Assembly: GCA_045545875.1 (NCBI GenBank)
Contig: JAZQBS010000022.1
Location: 845-64,844 of the forward strand
Source: Bacteroidales bacterium
GTDB lineage: Bacteria; Bacteroidota; Bacteroidia; Bacteroidales; UBA3663
Direction of reading: 5' to 3'
DNA length: 64,000 nucleotides
The notes beneath the pieces are model-generated. The model had not been told where the DNA came from, did no database searches, and saw only the letters and a list, made by a program, of their open reading frames with translations. The position numbers and the translations under genes were made by a program. Positions 14,595 to 22,531 of the stretch are shown piece after piece; positions within the stretch are counted from its first letter, which is position 1, and each line of letters begins with the position of its first letter.

Positions 14595-17500
14595 TTAGAA
14601 TGCTACGTTAAGACCGAAGGAGAGAGTACGCGAACGTGGATAGGCACCGTTGTCCTCGCGGCAGCCCCAGCCACCGAGATTGAGTTCGGGATCGAGACCG
14701 CTGTAATCGGTGATGGTGAAGATGTTCTCAAGCTGGGCAAAGAGGTTGAGGTTGGCCACCTTGATGCGGTTGCAGAACTTCGAAGGAATGTCGTAACCGA
14801 GCTTGATGTACTTCATCTTGAGGTAGGAACCATCTTCGACGAAGTAGGTTGACATGCGCTTTTCGTCATTGCTGTCGTTGTAGGTGAGGGCAGGGATGGT
14901 AGCGCCGGTGTTGTTGGGTGTCCAGGCATCGAGGATGGCTGTGCCACGGTTGGTATAGGTGTTGCCTGAGCTTACAAACTCGAGCTGACGCTTGTTCGAA
15001 TTGTAGATGTCGAAACCGAATTCGCCCGTAAAGAACATGCTGAGGGTAAGACCCTTCCATGAGAAGTCGAGGTTGAGACCTGCGGTGAAGTCGGGATTCG
15101 GATCACCGATGATGGCACGGTCCTCAGAGGTGATGACGCCGTCGCCATTGATGTCGCGGTACTTCAGACGACCGATGCCCTTACCACCCTGAATAGCGGA
15201 GTTGGAAACCTCTTCGGCATTCTGGAAGATGCCATCGACGATGTAGCCGTAGTAAACGCCCATGGGTTCGCCTTCGATGATGCGGATGTCCTCGCCATCG
15301 GAGTGCTTGCTATCGGAGATCTTCACCACCTTGTTGCGATAGGCCGAGAAGTTGGCCGAAGCACTCCAGCTGAAACCATTGGAATATTCGGGGGAACGAT
15401 AGTCGAGCTGGAACTCAAGACCGGTGTTCTCCATCTCGCCCTGGTTGAGGTAGATGACTGCATTTTCGCCGGCTACGGTAAGTACGGGAGGCTGATAGAG
15501 CATGTCGGTGGTCTTCTTGTAGTACCAGTCGGCGCTCAGGCCGAGGGCACCGTGGAAGAACTGCATGTCGAGACCGACGTTGGTCTGCGTGGTGGTCTCC
15601 CACTTGAGGTCCTTGTTGCCTGTATAGGATACCTTGATACCCGAAACGACGTTGGTGTTGGTACCATTGAGGTCGTAAGACGAGTTGCCTGGATCGTAAG
15701 CATAGAGGCTGTAGTAGGCAGTCGGGTCGCCGATGGCGCTCTGGTTACCGTTCTGTCCCCAACCGAAACGAATCTTCAGGTCGGTGAGGAAGTCATTCTC
15801 CTTCCAGAAAGCCTCAGCGGTGGGACGCCAGGCGAGGGTGAAGGCTGGGAAGATGCCCGAGTTGTTGTCCTTATGGAGACGCGAGGTGGCGTCACGACGT
15901 ACGGTGAAGCTGGCGAGATAGCGGTCAGCAAAGTTGTAGTCAGCCTTGAAGAAGTAGCTGAAGAGAGCCCATTCGGCCTTCGAGCCACCATTGGTCTGAT
16001 GACCGGTGCCTGCATCGAGCACCATGAAATACTTATCTTCGAAAGCATAGCCATCGCGGAAAGCCGACATGCCGTCGCTCTTGTAACCGATGGCCTCGAT
16101 ACCTGCCAGGCCAACGAGGTTGTGCTTGCCCCAATTGCCGACATAGGTAGCAGTGTTGGTCCAGGTCCAGGTGTCGCCCTGTCCGTAGGCACGGCTTACC
16201 GAAACGGAAGCATCGCCATCGGTGGCATGGATCTTGTGACCATAATTATTATTATTGTATTGTACGTGCTCGATACCGATATTCGACTTGAGGGTGAGTC
16301 CCTTGACGGGCTTCCACTCGGCGAAGGCATTGCCGAAGATACGCCAGCTCTCGCTGCGGTTGTCCTTGGCATTGTAGAGGCTCTGCATGGGGTTAGCATA
16401 ATCGGAGCCTGCTATCACCATCGGATCGGAGAAGAGTCCATTGCTCTGGTAGGTGGGGATGCCGGGGTGCTGGAGCATGGCCAGCGAAGCGATGCCACGG
16501 TCGCCTGCCGAAGCGTCGTAGTTCTGCATCCACTTGGCCACCATGAGGTTTTCGCCTACGGTGAACCACTTGCTTACGTTATAGGTGCTGTTGAGACGGC
16601 CGCTGAAGCGCTGATAGAAAGTCTCCTTCTGGATACCGTCCTGGTTGATGTAGTTGACCGAGAACATCATCGTGCCCTTCTCGCCACTGTTGCTGACGCT
16701 GGCGTTCATGTTGTGGGTCCAAGCGGTGCGGTAGATGACGTCCTGCCAGTTGTTGTTGCCCAGTTCGTAACCGCTGGCGCTGGTGCTGCGAAGCGTGCCA
16801 TTGCCGCTGCCGTCGAAGCTGTAGAGGTCGGTGTTGATGGCACCCAGTGCATTGTCGTTGGCCATGGCCTGGTAATAGACACCACCCCACTGCTGTGCAT
16901 TGAGCAGGTCGTACTTGCTGGCGATGGTCTGCATCGAAGCGCTGTAGCCGACATTGACCGACAGACGGTCGCCCTTGCCGCGCTTGGTGGTGATGATGAC
17001 TACGCCGTTGGCGGCACGTGAACCGTAGATAGAAGCCGAGGCTGCATCCTTGAGGACCTGGATGCTCTCGATGTCGGCGGGGTTGAGGGAGTTAAGGTTT
17101 TCGGTCGAAGCCACACCATCGATGACGTAGAGCGGGGAACTGTTGTTGATGGTACCCATACCACGTACACGGATGTTGGAACCGCCGCCACCAGGAGCTG
17201 CATCGGTGGTGATGCTTACGCCGGGGAGTCGGCCCTGCATGGAGTTGACCATCGAGGGACTACCTTCGGAGGTAGGTTTCTTCATGTCCATCACCGAGAT
17301 GGCGCCCGTGAGGTCGGCCTTGCGCTGCACGGTGTAGCCCACGACGACGAACTCCTCGAGCATCTCAGCATCTTCGCTGAGGACGATGTTCATCTGAGCT
17401 TCGGGCTTCAACTGCTGGCTTTGGAAGCCGATGTAAGAGATCGTGATGCTCTCGGTGTTCTGCGGCACTTCGAGCATGAAGTTGCCGTCGAAGTCTGTCA

Positions 17501-17660
17501 TTGTGCCAGTAGTGGTGTTACCGGTCACATAGACCGAGGCACCGATGATGGGTTCGCCGTCGGTCTTCGAAATGACGTTGCCACGGACAGTCATTGTCTG
17601 ACCGATGGCCAGCGCGGCGGTGCAGAGCACCATGACTGTAATCAAAAGGAATCGTTTCAT
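14595..17660 (-). CDS. SusC/RagA-family TonB-dependent transporter
   Basis: 1021 aa. It has an N-terminal carboxypeptidase-regulatory-like domain (TVRGNVISKTDGEPIIGASVYV), a TonB box/plug region (EEFVVVGYTVQRK) and a C-terminal aromatic residue. Confidence 0.95.
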   Translation of the reverse strand: MKRFLLITVMVLCTAALAIGQTMTVRGNVISKTDGEPIIGASVYVTGNTTTGTMTDFDGNFMLEVPQNTESITISYIGFQSQQLKPEAQMNIVLSEDAEMLEEFVVVGYTVQRKADLTGAISVMDMKKPTSEGSPSMVNSMQGRLPGVSITTDAAPGGGGSNIRVRGMGTINNSSPLYVIDGVASTENLNSLNPADIESIQVLKDAASASIYGSRAANGVVIITTKRGKGDRLSVNVGYSASMQTIASKYDLLNAQQWGGVYYQAMANDNALGAINTDLYSFDGSGNGTLRSTSASGYELGNNNWQDVIYRTAWTHNMNASVSNSGEKGTMMFSVNYINQDGIQKETFYQRFSGRLNSTYNVSKWFTVGENLMVAKWMQNYDASAGDRGIASLAMLQHPGIPTYQSNGLFSDPMVIAGSDYANPMQSLYNAKDNRSESWRIFGNAFAEWKPVKGLTLKSNIGIEHVQYNNNNYGHKIHATDGDASVSVSRAYGQGDTWTWTNTATYVGNWGKHNLVGLAGIEAIGYKSDGMSAFRDGYAFEDKYFMVLDAGTGHQTNGGSKAEWALFSYFFKADYNFADRYLASFTVRRDATSRLHKDNNSGIFPAFTLAWRPTAEAFWKENDFLTDLKIRFGWGQNGNQSAIGDPTAYYSLYAYDPGNSSYDLNGTNTNVVSGIKVSYTGNKDLKWETTTQTNVGLDMQFFHGALGLSADWYYKKTTDMLYQPPVLTVAGENAVIYLNQGEMENTGLEFQLDYRSPEYSNGFSWSASANFSAYRNKVVKISDSKHSDGEDIRIIEGEPMGVYYGYIVDGIFQNAEEVSNSAIQGGKGIGRLKYRDINGDGVITSEDRAIIGDPNPDFTAGLNLDFSWKGLTLSMFFTGEFGFDIYNSNKRQLEFVSSGNTYTNRGTAILDAWTPNNTGATIPALTYNDSNDEKRMSTYFVEDGSYLKMKYIKLGYDIPSKFCNRIKVANLNLFAQLENIFTITDYSGLDPELNLGGWGCREDNGAYPRSRTLSFGLNVAF

Positions 17661-17703
17661 TTGCGTTTGGTTTTAAAATTAAAGATGTATGAGGTTTTTT
17701 TGT

Positions 17704-17742
17704 AGGGTTCGAAAGGTTCGAAGGGTTCGAAGGGTTTGAAAG
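17704..17742 (-). repeat. GGTTCGAA word repeat inside the susC 5' leader
   Basis: AGGGTTCGAA AGGTTCGAAG GGTTCGAAGG GTTTGAAAGG lies between the -7 box (17758-17765) and the ATG (17660). Confidence 0.8.
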
Positions 17743-17757
17743 GATAATTTTGCGGTG

Positions 17758-17765
17758 CAAAGATA
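17758..17765 (-). promoter_or_regulatory. -7 promoter box (TATCTTTG on the minus strand) for the fructan susC operon
   Basis: Exact TAnnTTTG match 98 nt upstream of the susC ATG. Confidence 0.5.
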
Positions 17766-17803
17766 CGGGCATTTGAAAAAAGCAAATGAAACGAATGATG
17801 CAC

Positions 17804-17848
17804 AAAAAAGAATATTTGTTGCAGACGCGAAATCTACAACAAATATTC
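17804..17848 (-). terminator. intrinsic terminator of the HTCS gene
   Basis: A perfect 12-bp stem GAATATTTGTTG / CAACAAATATTC with a 15-nt loop, followed on the minus strand by T6. Confidence 0.7.
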
Positions 17849-17886
17849 TATCAAACGAACGATTTTTGTTATTCTTCTGTTATTTT

Positions 17887-20784
17887 CTAGTTATTTCCTG
17901 TTTTTCTCTTCACCAATTCGTTGGGCATTTCGCCGAAAAAGTCCTTATAGCACTTGGTGAAATAGCTTGGAGCGGTGAAACCTACGGAATAGGCCACCTG
18001 GGCAATGGTGTCGTCGCCCTGAGCCAACATCTGCTGTGCCCGCTTGAGTCGCATGTTGCGAATGAGTTCGACAGGCGAATAGTTGGTCAGCGCCTTGGTC
18101 TTGCGATAGAGTTGTGCACGGCTCATGCCCATCATGTCGCCCAACTGCTCCACACCGAAGTCCGAATCGCTGAAACTGCGCTCGATGATGTCCTTCATCT
18201 TGACAAGGAACTTGTCGTCGAGGGAGGAGGAGGGGGTTCTGAGGGGTTCTGAGGGGTTCGAAGAGTTCGAGGGGTTCGAAAGGTTGCTCCCGTTGGTCGC
18301 GGCCGGGCGAAGCGAGATGCCCGAAGAACCGAAGAAGTCGCGCACGCGGTTATGATTGTTGACCAGCGAACGGAGCTGGGCACGCAGCACGTCGGCATTG
18401 AAGGGCTTCGACATGTAGGCGTCGGCACCACCTTCGGCCAGACCCTTGACGCGCTGTTCGTCCATGGCATTGGCAGTGAGCATCAGGATGGGGATGTGGC
18501 AGGTGTTAACCTCCTGCTTGAGACGGCGACAACACTCGATGCCGTCCATCACAGGCATCATCATGTCGCAGACGATCACGTCGGGCACGGTTCGCATCGC
18601 CTTGCCCACACCCGTCAGTCCGTCGCCTGCCGTGATGACACGATAGTGTTCGCCCAGCAGCATCTGCATATACTGACGCAGGTCGGCATTGTCGTCGATG
18701 ACCAGCACCAGGGGCTTGGGTTCGCTCTCAATAACGTTCTCCCCTTCAAATGAATCGCCCAACTCGGTCTCGATGGTGGCTGCATCAATCTGCAGACTGC
18801 CTGCATCGACCGTTTCGTCCTCGGTCACGGGTACGCGTGGGATGGTGACCGTGAAGATCGTGCCTGTACCTTCGGTCTGGTTCTGCACTTCGATGGTGCC
18901 ACCATGCAGTTCGACGAAACTCTTTGCCACAGCGAGGCCGATGCCCGATCCTTCATGACGTGCCGAATCGACCTGATAGAAGTTTTCGAAGATGCGCTGG
19001 ATGTGCTCCACGTTGATGCCGGGACCGGTGTCAGAGACCCGCAAGATTATGCGGGGGTTTGAGGGGGTCGAAGGGTTCGAAAGGTTCGAGGGGGTTGAGG
19101 TTGAGAGGGAGAGGGTGATCTTTCCATTTTCGGGGGTGAACTTGAAGGCATTGCCCATGAGGTTGAAGAAGACGCGCTCGAGCTTAGGCACGTCTGCCAT
19201 AGTACGGTAGTCGCCATCGTCGGCAGAAAAGTCCAGTTTGATGTGCTTCTTGTAGGCGAGTCCCTTAAAGTAGCCGAAGCTGGTCTGACAAGCCTGGCGC
19301 AGATCGACAGGCTTCAGGTCGAGGTCGAGCTTTCCGCTCTCGAGTTTGCGGAAGTCGAGCAACTGGCCCACCAGTCGCTGCAGTACCTTGACGTTCTTCA
19401 ACGCCAGGTTCAGCAGTTGCGTCGCCTCAGGGTCCTTGCCTCCGGCACCGTCGAGCTCGCCGCGGTCGAGTTTCTGCTGTATCTGTTCCAAGGGTGCCGA
19501 AATGAGCGTCAACGGCGTGCGGAAGTCATGGCTCACGTTGGTGAAGAATGCAATCTTCGCCTTGGTGGCCTCCTCGACCTGCTGGCTCAGGCGCTTGAGC
19601 TGGATGTTCTGCTCGGCAAGCTGGTCACGCTGAGCCTTGAGCAATGCCTTCTGGCGGTTCAGGCTTTCGCCCAGACGACGTTTCTGCCGATAGCTGCTGT
19701 AATAGAACAGAAGGAACAGGAGCGCCATCGCCAGCAGTGCCAGCAGCGCGTACATCAGCGTGCGTTCGAGGTCGAGCTGCTGCCAGTAGGAATCGGCACG
19801 CGCCTGCAGCATCTTCACGGTCTCGATCTGGTGGTCCACTTCGCGATAGACGTTGTCGATGCTCTTGGCAGCACCCATGTCGATGAGCGACGTGGGCAGC
19901 ACCACATCGCGCTCGAAGGGCTCGCCGCGCAGGATCTTCATCGCCGTCTGCACAATCAGGTCACCGCCTGTGATGTAGGTGGCCGACACGTCGATCGTGC
20001 CGTTACGGATGGCTTCGATGCCATTGTCCGTGCCTGTCAGGCCATCCACGCCCATGATGAAGATCTTATGGTCGAGCCGGGCACTTTGCAGGGCACGGCT
20101 TGCCCCGATGGCCATCTGGTCGTTCTGTGCCAGTATCACCTTGATGTCGGGATGCTGCGCGAGCACCTTCTGCACCTCGGCTTCGCCCCTGTCGCGCTTC
20201 CATGCTCCCATGCATTGCACGAACTGATAACGGTCGCCCGTGTCGCCGAGCGATTCGACGAGGCCCTGATGACGCAATTCCTGGGGCGTCGAGCCTATCA
20301 GGCCCATCACCTCGAGCACCTTGCCGCCTTGGGGCAACACCCTTTGCAGGTACTCGCCCTGCAGCTTGCCCACCTCAAGGTTGTCGCCGCCCACGAAAGC
20401 CGTATATTTGTCGCCCGTCACCTTTCGGTCGGCCACAATCACGGGGATGCCTGCATCGAATGCCTTCGACACGGCGGGCGTGAGCGAGTCGGCACGGTTG
20501 GGCGAAACCACGAGCAGATCGACGCCCTGGGCGATGAAGTAGTCGATGTCGCGCGCCTGGCGCTCGTTGTCGTCGTCGGCCGAACGCACTTCGAGGGTGA
20601 CACCCGGGTAGAACAGCAGTTCGCGGTGCATCTCCTCGTTGAGTTTGGTGCGCCAGGCATCGTCGCTGCATTGCGACACGCCGATGCGGTAGTCGGCAGT
20701 GGTGGTTTCCCCGCACGACATGATGCACAGGGCAATGGTCAGCAGCGACAGAAATATAACAATAAGATAAAGATGTCGTTTCAT
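17887..20784 (-). CDS. hybrid two-component system regulator with a periplasmic sugar-binding (PBP type 1) sensor domain; BT1754-like fructose sensor
   Basis: 965 aa. It has an N-terminal PBP-like domain (YRIGVSQCSDDAWRTKLNEE...), a TM segment, an H-box (SHDFRTPLT), an HATPase (SDTGPGI), a receiver domain (LVLVIDDN...DMMMPVMDG) and a C-terminal AraC HTH. Two low-complexity S/N/P inserts are encoded by GGTTCGAA words. Confidence 0.9.
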   Translation of the reverse strand: MKRHLYLIVIFLSLLTIALCIMSCGETTTADYRIGVSQCSDDAWRTKLNEEMHRELLFYPGVTLEVRSADDDNERQARDIDYFIAQGVDLLVVSPNRADSLTPAVSKAFDAGIPVIVADRKVTGDKYTAFVGGDNLEVGKLQGEYLQRVLPQGGKVLEVMGLIGSTPQELRHQGLVESLGDTGDRYQFVQCMGAWKRDRGEAEVQKVLAQHPDIKVILAQNDQMAIGASRALQSARLDHKIFIMGVDGLTGTDNGIEAIRNGTIDVSATYITGGDLIVQTAMKILRGEPFERDVVLPTSLIDMGAAKSIDNVYREVDHQIETVKMLQARADSYWQQLDLERTLMYALLALLAMALLFLLFYYSSYRQKRRLGESLNRQKALLKAQRDQLAEQNIQLKRLSQQVEEATKAKIAFFTNVSHDFRTPLTLISAPLEQIQQKLDRGELDGAGGKDPEATQLLNLALKNVKVLQRLVGQLLDFRKLESGKLDLDLKPVDLRQACQTSFGYFKGLAYKKHIKLDFSADDGDYRTMADVPKLERVFFNLMGNAFKFTPENGKITLSLSTSTPSNLSNPSTPSNPRIILRVSDTGPGINVEHIQRIFENFYQVDSARHEGSGIGLAVAKSFVELHGGTIEVQNQTEGTGTIFTVTIPRVPVTEDETVDAGSLQIDAATIETELGDSFEGENVIESEPKPLVLVIDDNADLRQYMQMLLGEHYRVITAGDGLTGVGKAMRTVPDVIVCDMMMPVMDGIECCRRLKQEVNTCHIPILMLTANAMDEQRVKGLAEGGADAYMSKPFNADVLRAQLRSLVNNHNRVRDFFGSSGISLRPAATNGSNLSNPSNSSNPSEPLRTPSSSLDDKFLVKMKDIIERSFSDSDFGVEQLGDMMGMSRAQLYRKTKALTNYSPVELIRNMRLKRAQQMLAQGDDTIAQVAYSVGFTAPSYFTKCYKDFFGEMPNELVKRKTGNN

Positions 20785-20813
20785 GACGGTATTATTCTAC
20801 TATCTTTTGGTGG

Positions 20814-20821
20814 CAAAAATA
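20814..20821 (-). promoter_or_regulatory. -7 promoter box (TATTTTTG on the minus strand) for the HTCS gene
   Basis: Exact TAnnTTTG match 30 nt upstream of ATG 20784. Confidence 0.45.
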
Positions 20822-20947
20822 GCGAAAAATGCGTTTTTCTCCAAATTTTTCATCAGATTTATGCAAATTTTGATTCAAAAAATGCAACAAATGTTGAAAT
20901 CTCCCCACTTTGAACGAAAAATGCTATTCTGTTTCACCCGTTTCCCC

Positions 20948-20955
20948 TATCTTTG
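20948..20955 (+). promoter_or_regulatory. -7 promoter box (TATCTTTG) with no ORF directly behind it
   Basis: Exact TAnnTTTG match. A second exact box lies 140 nt further downstream, directly before the first ORF. Confidence 0.45.
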
Positions 20956-20958
20956 CAG

Positions 20959-21056
20959 CAGTTAAAGTGTTAGTAAAAAATATGTGTGTATATGTGTAAT
21001 TCGAGGCTGGCATCGTCCGTGAGGATGGTGCCAGCCTCGGTTATGCACGTTTTTTC
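20959..21056 (+). ncRNA. candidate small RNA or structured leader
   Basis: A promoter box sits at 20948-20955. The GC-rich hairpin CGAGGCTGGCA...TGCCAGCCTCG (21002-21039) has an 11-bp perfect stem. A T6 run follows at 21050-21055. No plausible ORF. Confidence 0.3.
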
Positions 21057-21089
21057 GAACAAAAATTTGGAGATTCCCGAAAAAGACCT

Positions 21090-21097
21090 TATCTTTG
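21090..21097 (+). promoter_or_regulatory. -7 promoter box (TATCTTTG)
   Basis: Exact match 23 nt upstream of ATG 21120. Confidence 0.45.
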
Positions 21098-21119
21098 CGC
21101 CATACAAACCCCCAAAACC

Positions 21120-21728
21120 ATGACCCTTCGAACCTCTCGATCCCTTCAAACCCTTCGAACCTCCCTGTCTTTGCTCGTCATGACGGCGCTTCTCTGCGCA
21201 TGTAGCAGCATCGAAGGCGACGAGGCACAGCAGCGCCAAGCCATGGCACAGCAGCGCCTTGCCCGTCTGCAGGAAGAAAGCCGGCTGGTCTTCGTCGAAT
21301 ACACCCTCCGCGAGATCTGCGGCAGCAAAGACCAGACCGTCTGGCGCATACTCGGCGACAAGGAAGTGCTCTACAGCCTTACCGCCCACGTCACGGCAGG
21401 CATCGAAACGAGCAGGATCCGCCCCGATGCGCTTGCCATTGCCCACGACAGCACCGTTGTGCTCACTCTACCCCACTGCGAGGTGTTCGACGTGAACATC
21501 CCCAACAGTGAGGTGCGCCACGTCTATGAACGCATCACCGGCATCTCGAGCGACCTTACGGCAGCCGAGCGTAATGCCGTGCTGGCCGAAGGCGAGAAAC
21601 AAGTAAAACTCACCATCCGGAAGCTCGGCATCATCCCACAGGCCGAAGCCAAGGCCGAAGTGTTCTTCCGTTCCATGTTGTCGCAGGCGGGCTACAATCC
21701 TGCCCGTTGTAGAATCGTATTCGAATAA
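21120..21728 (+). CDS. DUF4230-like lipoprotein (hypothetical)
   Basis: 202 aa with lipobox LLCAC. The central pattern ...LTAHVTAGIETSRIRPDALAIAHDSTVVLTLPHCEVF resembles the DUF4230 signature (x-AGxDL...LP.P). The first 17 codons are encoded by CCTTCGAAC words. Confidence 0.45.
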   Translation: MTLRTSRSLQTLRTSLSLLVMTALLCACSSIEGDEAQQRQAMAQQRLARLQEESRLVFVEYTLREICGSKDQTVWRILGDKEVLYSLTAHVTAGIETSRIRPDALAIAHDSTVVLTLPHCEVFDVNIPNSEVRHVYERITGISSDLTAAERNAVLAEGEKQVKLTIRKLGIIPQAEAKAEVFFRSMLSQAGYNPARCRIVFE

Positions 21729-21731
21729 GCC

Positions 21732-22352
21732 ATGAAGACAATCCTTAGAACTATAAGCTGGCTCCTCCTGGCAGCAGTCATCCTTTGGGGCATCCACTTG
21801 CTTCCTGGCGTCGAGACACCTTTCAGCCGACTGGGCCGACGCGTTTCGAAAGCCTTTGTGCCCCAGCAGACCATCTGGACCGACACCCCTATCGTCGAGA
21901 GCATCCGCTCGATGCAGCAGTTCGTCACCGCCTCCTACTACGAGGAACTGCCCATCGTAAGCACCAAGGACCGTCAGTGGCCCATCCCCGACGACGACCT
22001 TGTCATCATCTATAACGTCACCATCGAAGCAGGCTTCGACCTCAGTCGCCTCACCGAAGCCGACGTCACCCTCCAAGGCGACAGTGCCATCAGCGTGCGC
22101 CTGCCAGCCCCAGGCATCCTCACGCGCCGATGCAATCCTAGCGACAAGACTGTCTTCCACGACAGCAACAAGTGGAGCCAGGCCGATCTCGACCGAATGC
22201 ACCAGCAGGCGCTCGATCAGGTGGAACACCATGCCCTGCGCGACGGGCTGATGACCGATGCCATCGCCAACGGCTGCGGGTGCATAACCCGCCTGCTCTG
22301 CACGTTCGGCTTCGAGCAGAAGAACGTAAAAGTGTACGTTTCGACCCCCTGA
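21732..22352 (+). CDS. DUF4230-like membrane-anchored protein (paralogue of the preceding gene)
   Basis: 206 aa with an N-terminal TM helix. It contains the pattern IIYNVTIEAGFDLSRLTEADVTLQGDSAISVRLPAPGIL. Confidence 0.45.
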   Translation: MKTILRTISWLLLAAVILWGIHLLPGVETPFSRLGRRVSKAFVPQQTIWTDTPIVESIRSMQQFVTASYYEELPIVSTKDRQWPIPDDDLVIIYNVTIEAGFDLSRLTEADVTLQGDSAISVRLPAPGILTRRCNPSDKTVFHDSNKWSQADLDRMHQQALDQVEHHALRDGLMTDAIANGCGCITRLLCTFGFEQKNVKVYVSTP

Positions 22353-22353
22353 T

Positions 22354-22389
22354 TTGGACGCTGATGGCCCGTTGGACGCTCATTGCCCG
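22354..22389 (+). promoter_or_regulatory. two tandem 18-nt direct repeats (candidate AraC-type/HTCS operator)
   Basis: TTGGACGCTGATGGCCCG and TTGGACGCTCATTGCCCG match at 16/18 positions. Further TTGGAC/CGGAC half-matches occur at 22395 and 22414. The repeats lie 60-100 nt upstream of the susC -7 box. Confidence 0.3.
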
Positions 22390-22450
22390 ACAACGGACGC
22401 CTGTTTCCTTCGATTGGACTCCCGTGCTCACATCCCTTTCCCTTTCTCCC

Positions 22451-22458
22451 TATCTTTG
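22451..22458 (+). promoter_or_regulatory. -7 promoter box (TATCTTTG) of the second PUL
   Basis: Exact match 74 nt upstream of the susC ATG at 22532. Confidence 0.5.
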
Positions 22459-22531
22459 CAGCAGATTTTTCATCACTTGTTCATTCTTTGGAAAAAGAAT
22501 CTGATTATTTACACATTTAAAACTAATTGAA

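Noticed and set aside
20970-21446. The 158-aa minus-strand ORF across the divergent promoter region.
   Set aside because: It runs antisense through the 5' part of the 21120 lipoprotein gene and through two plus-strand promoter boxes and the hairpin. It has shadow-ORF composition.
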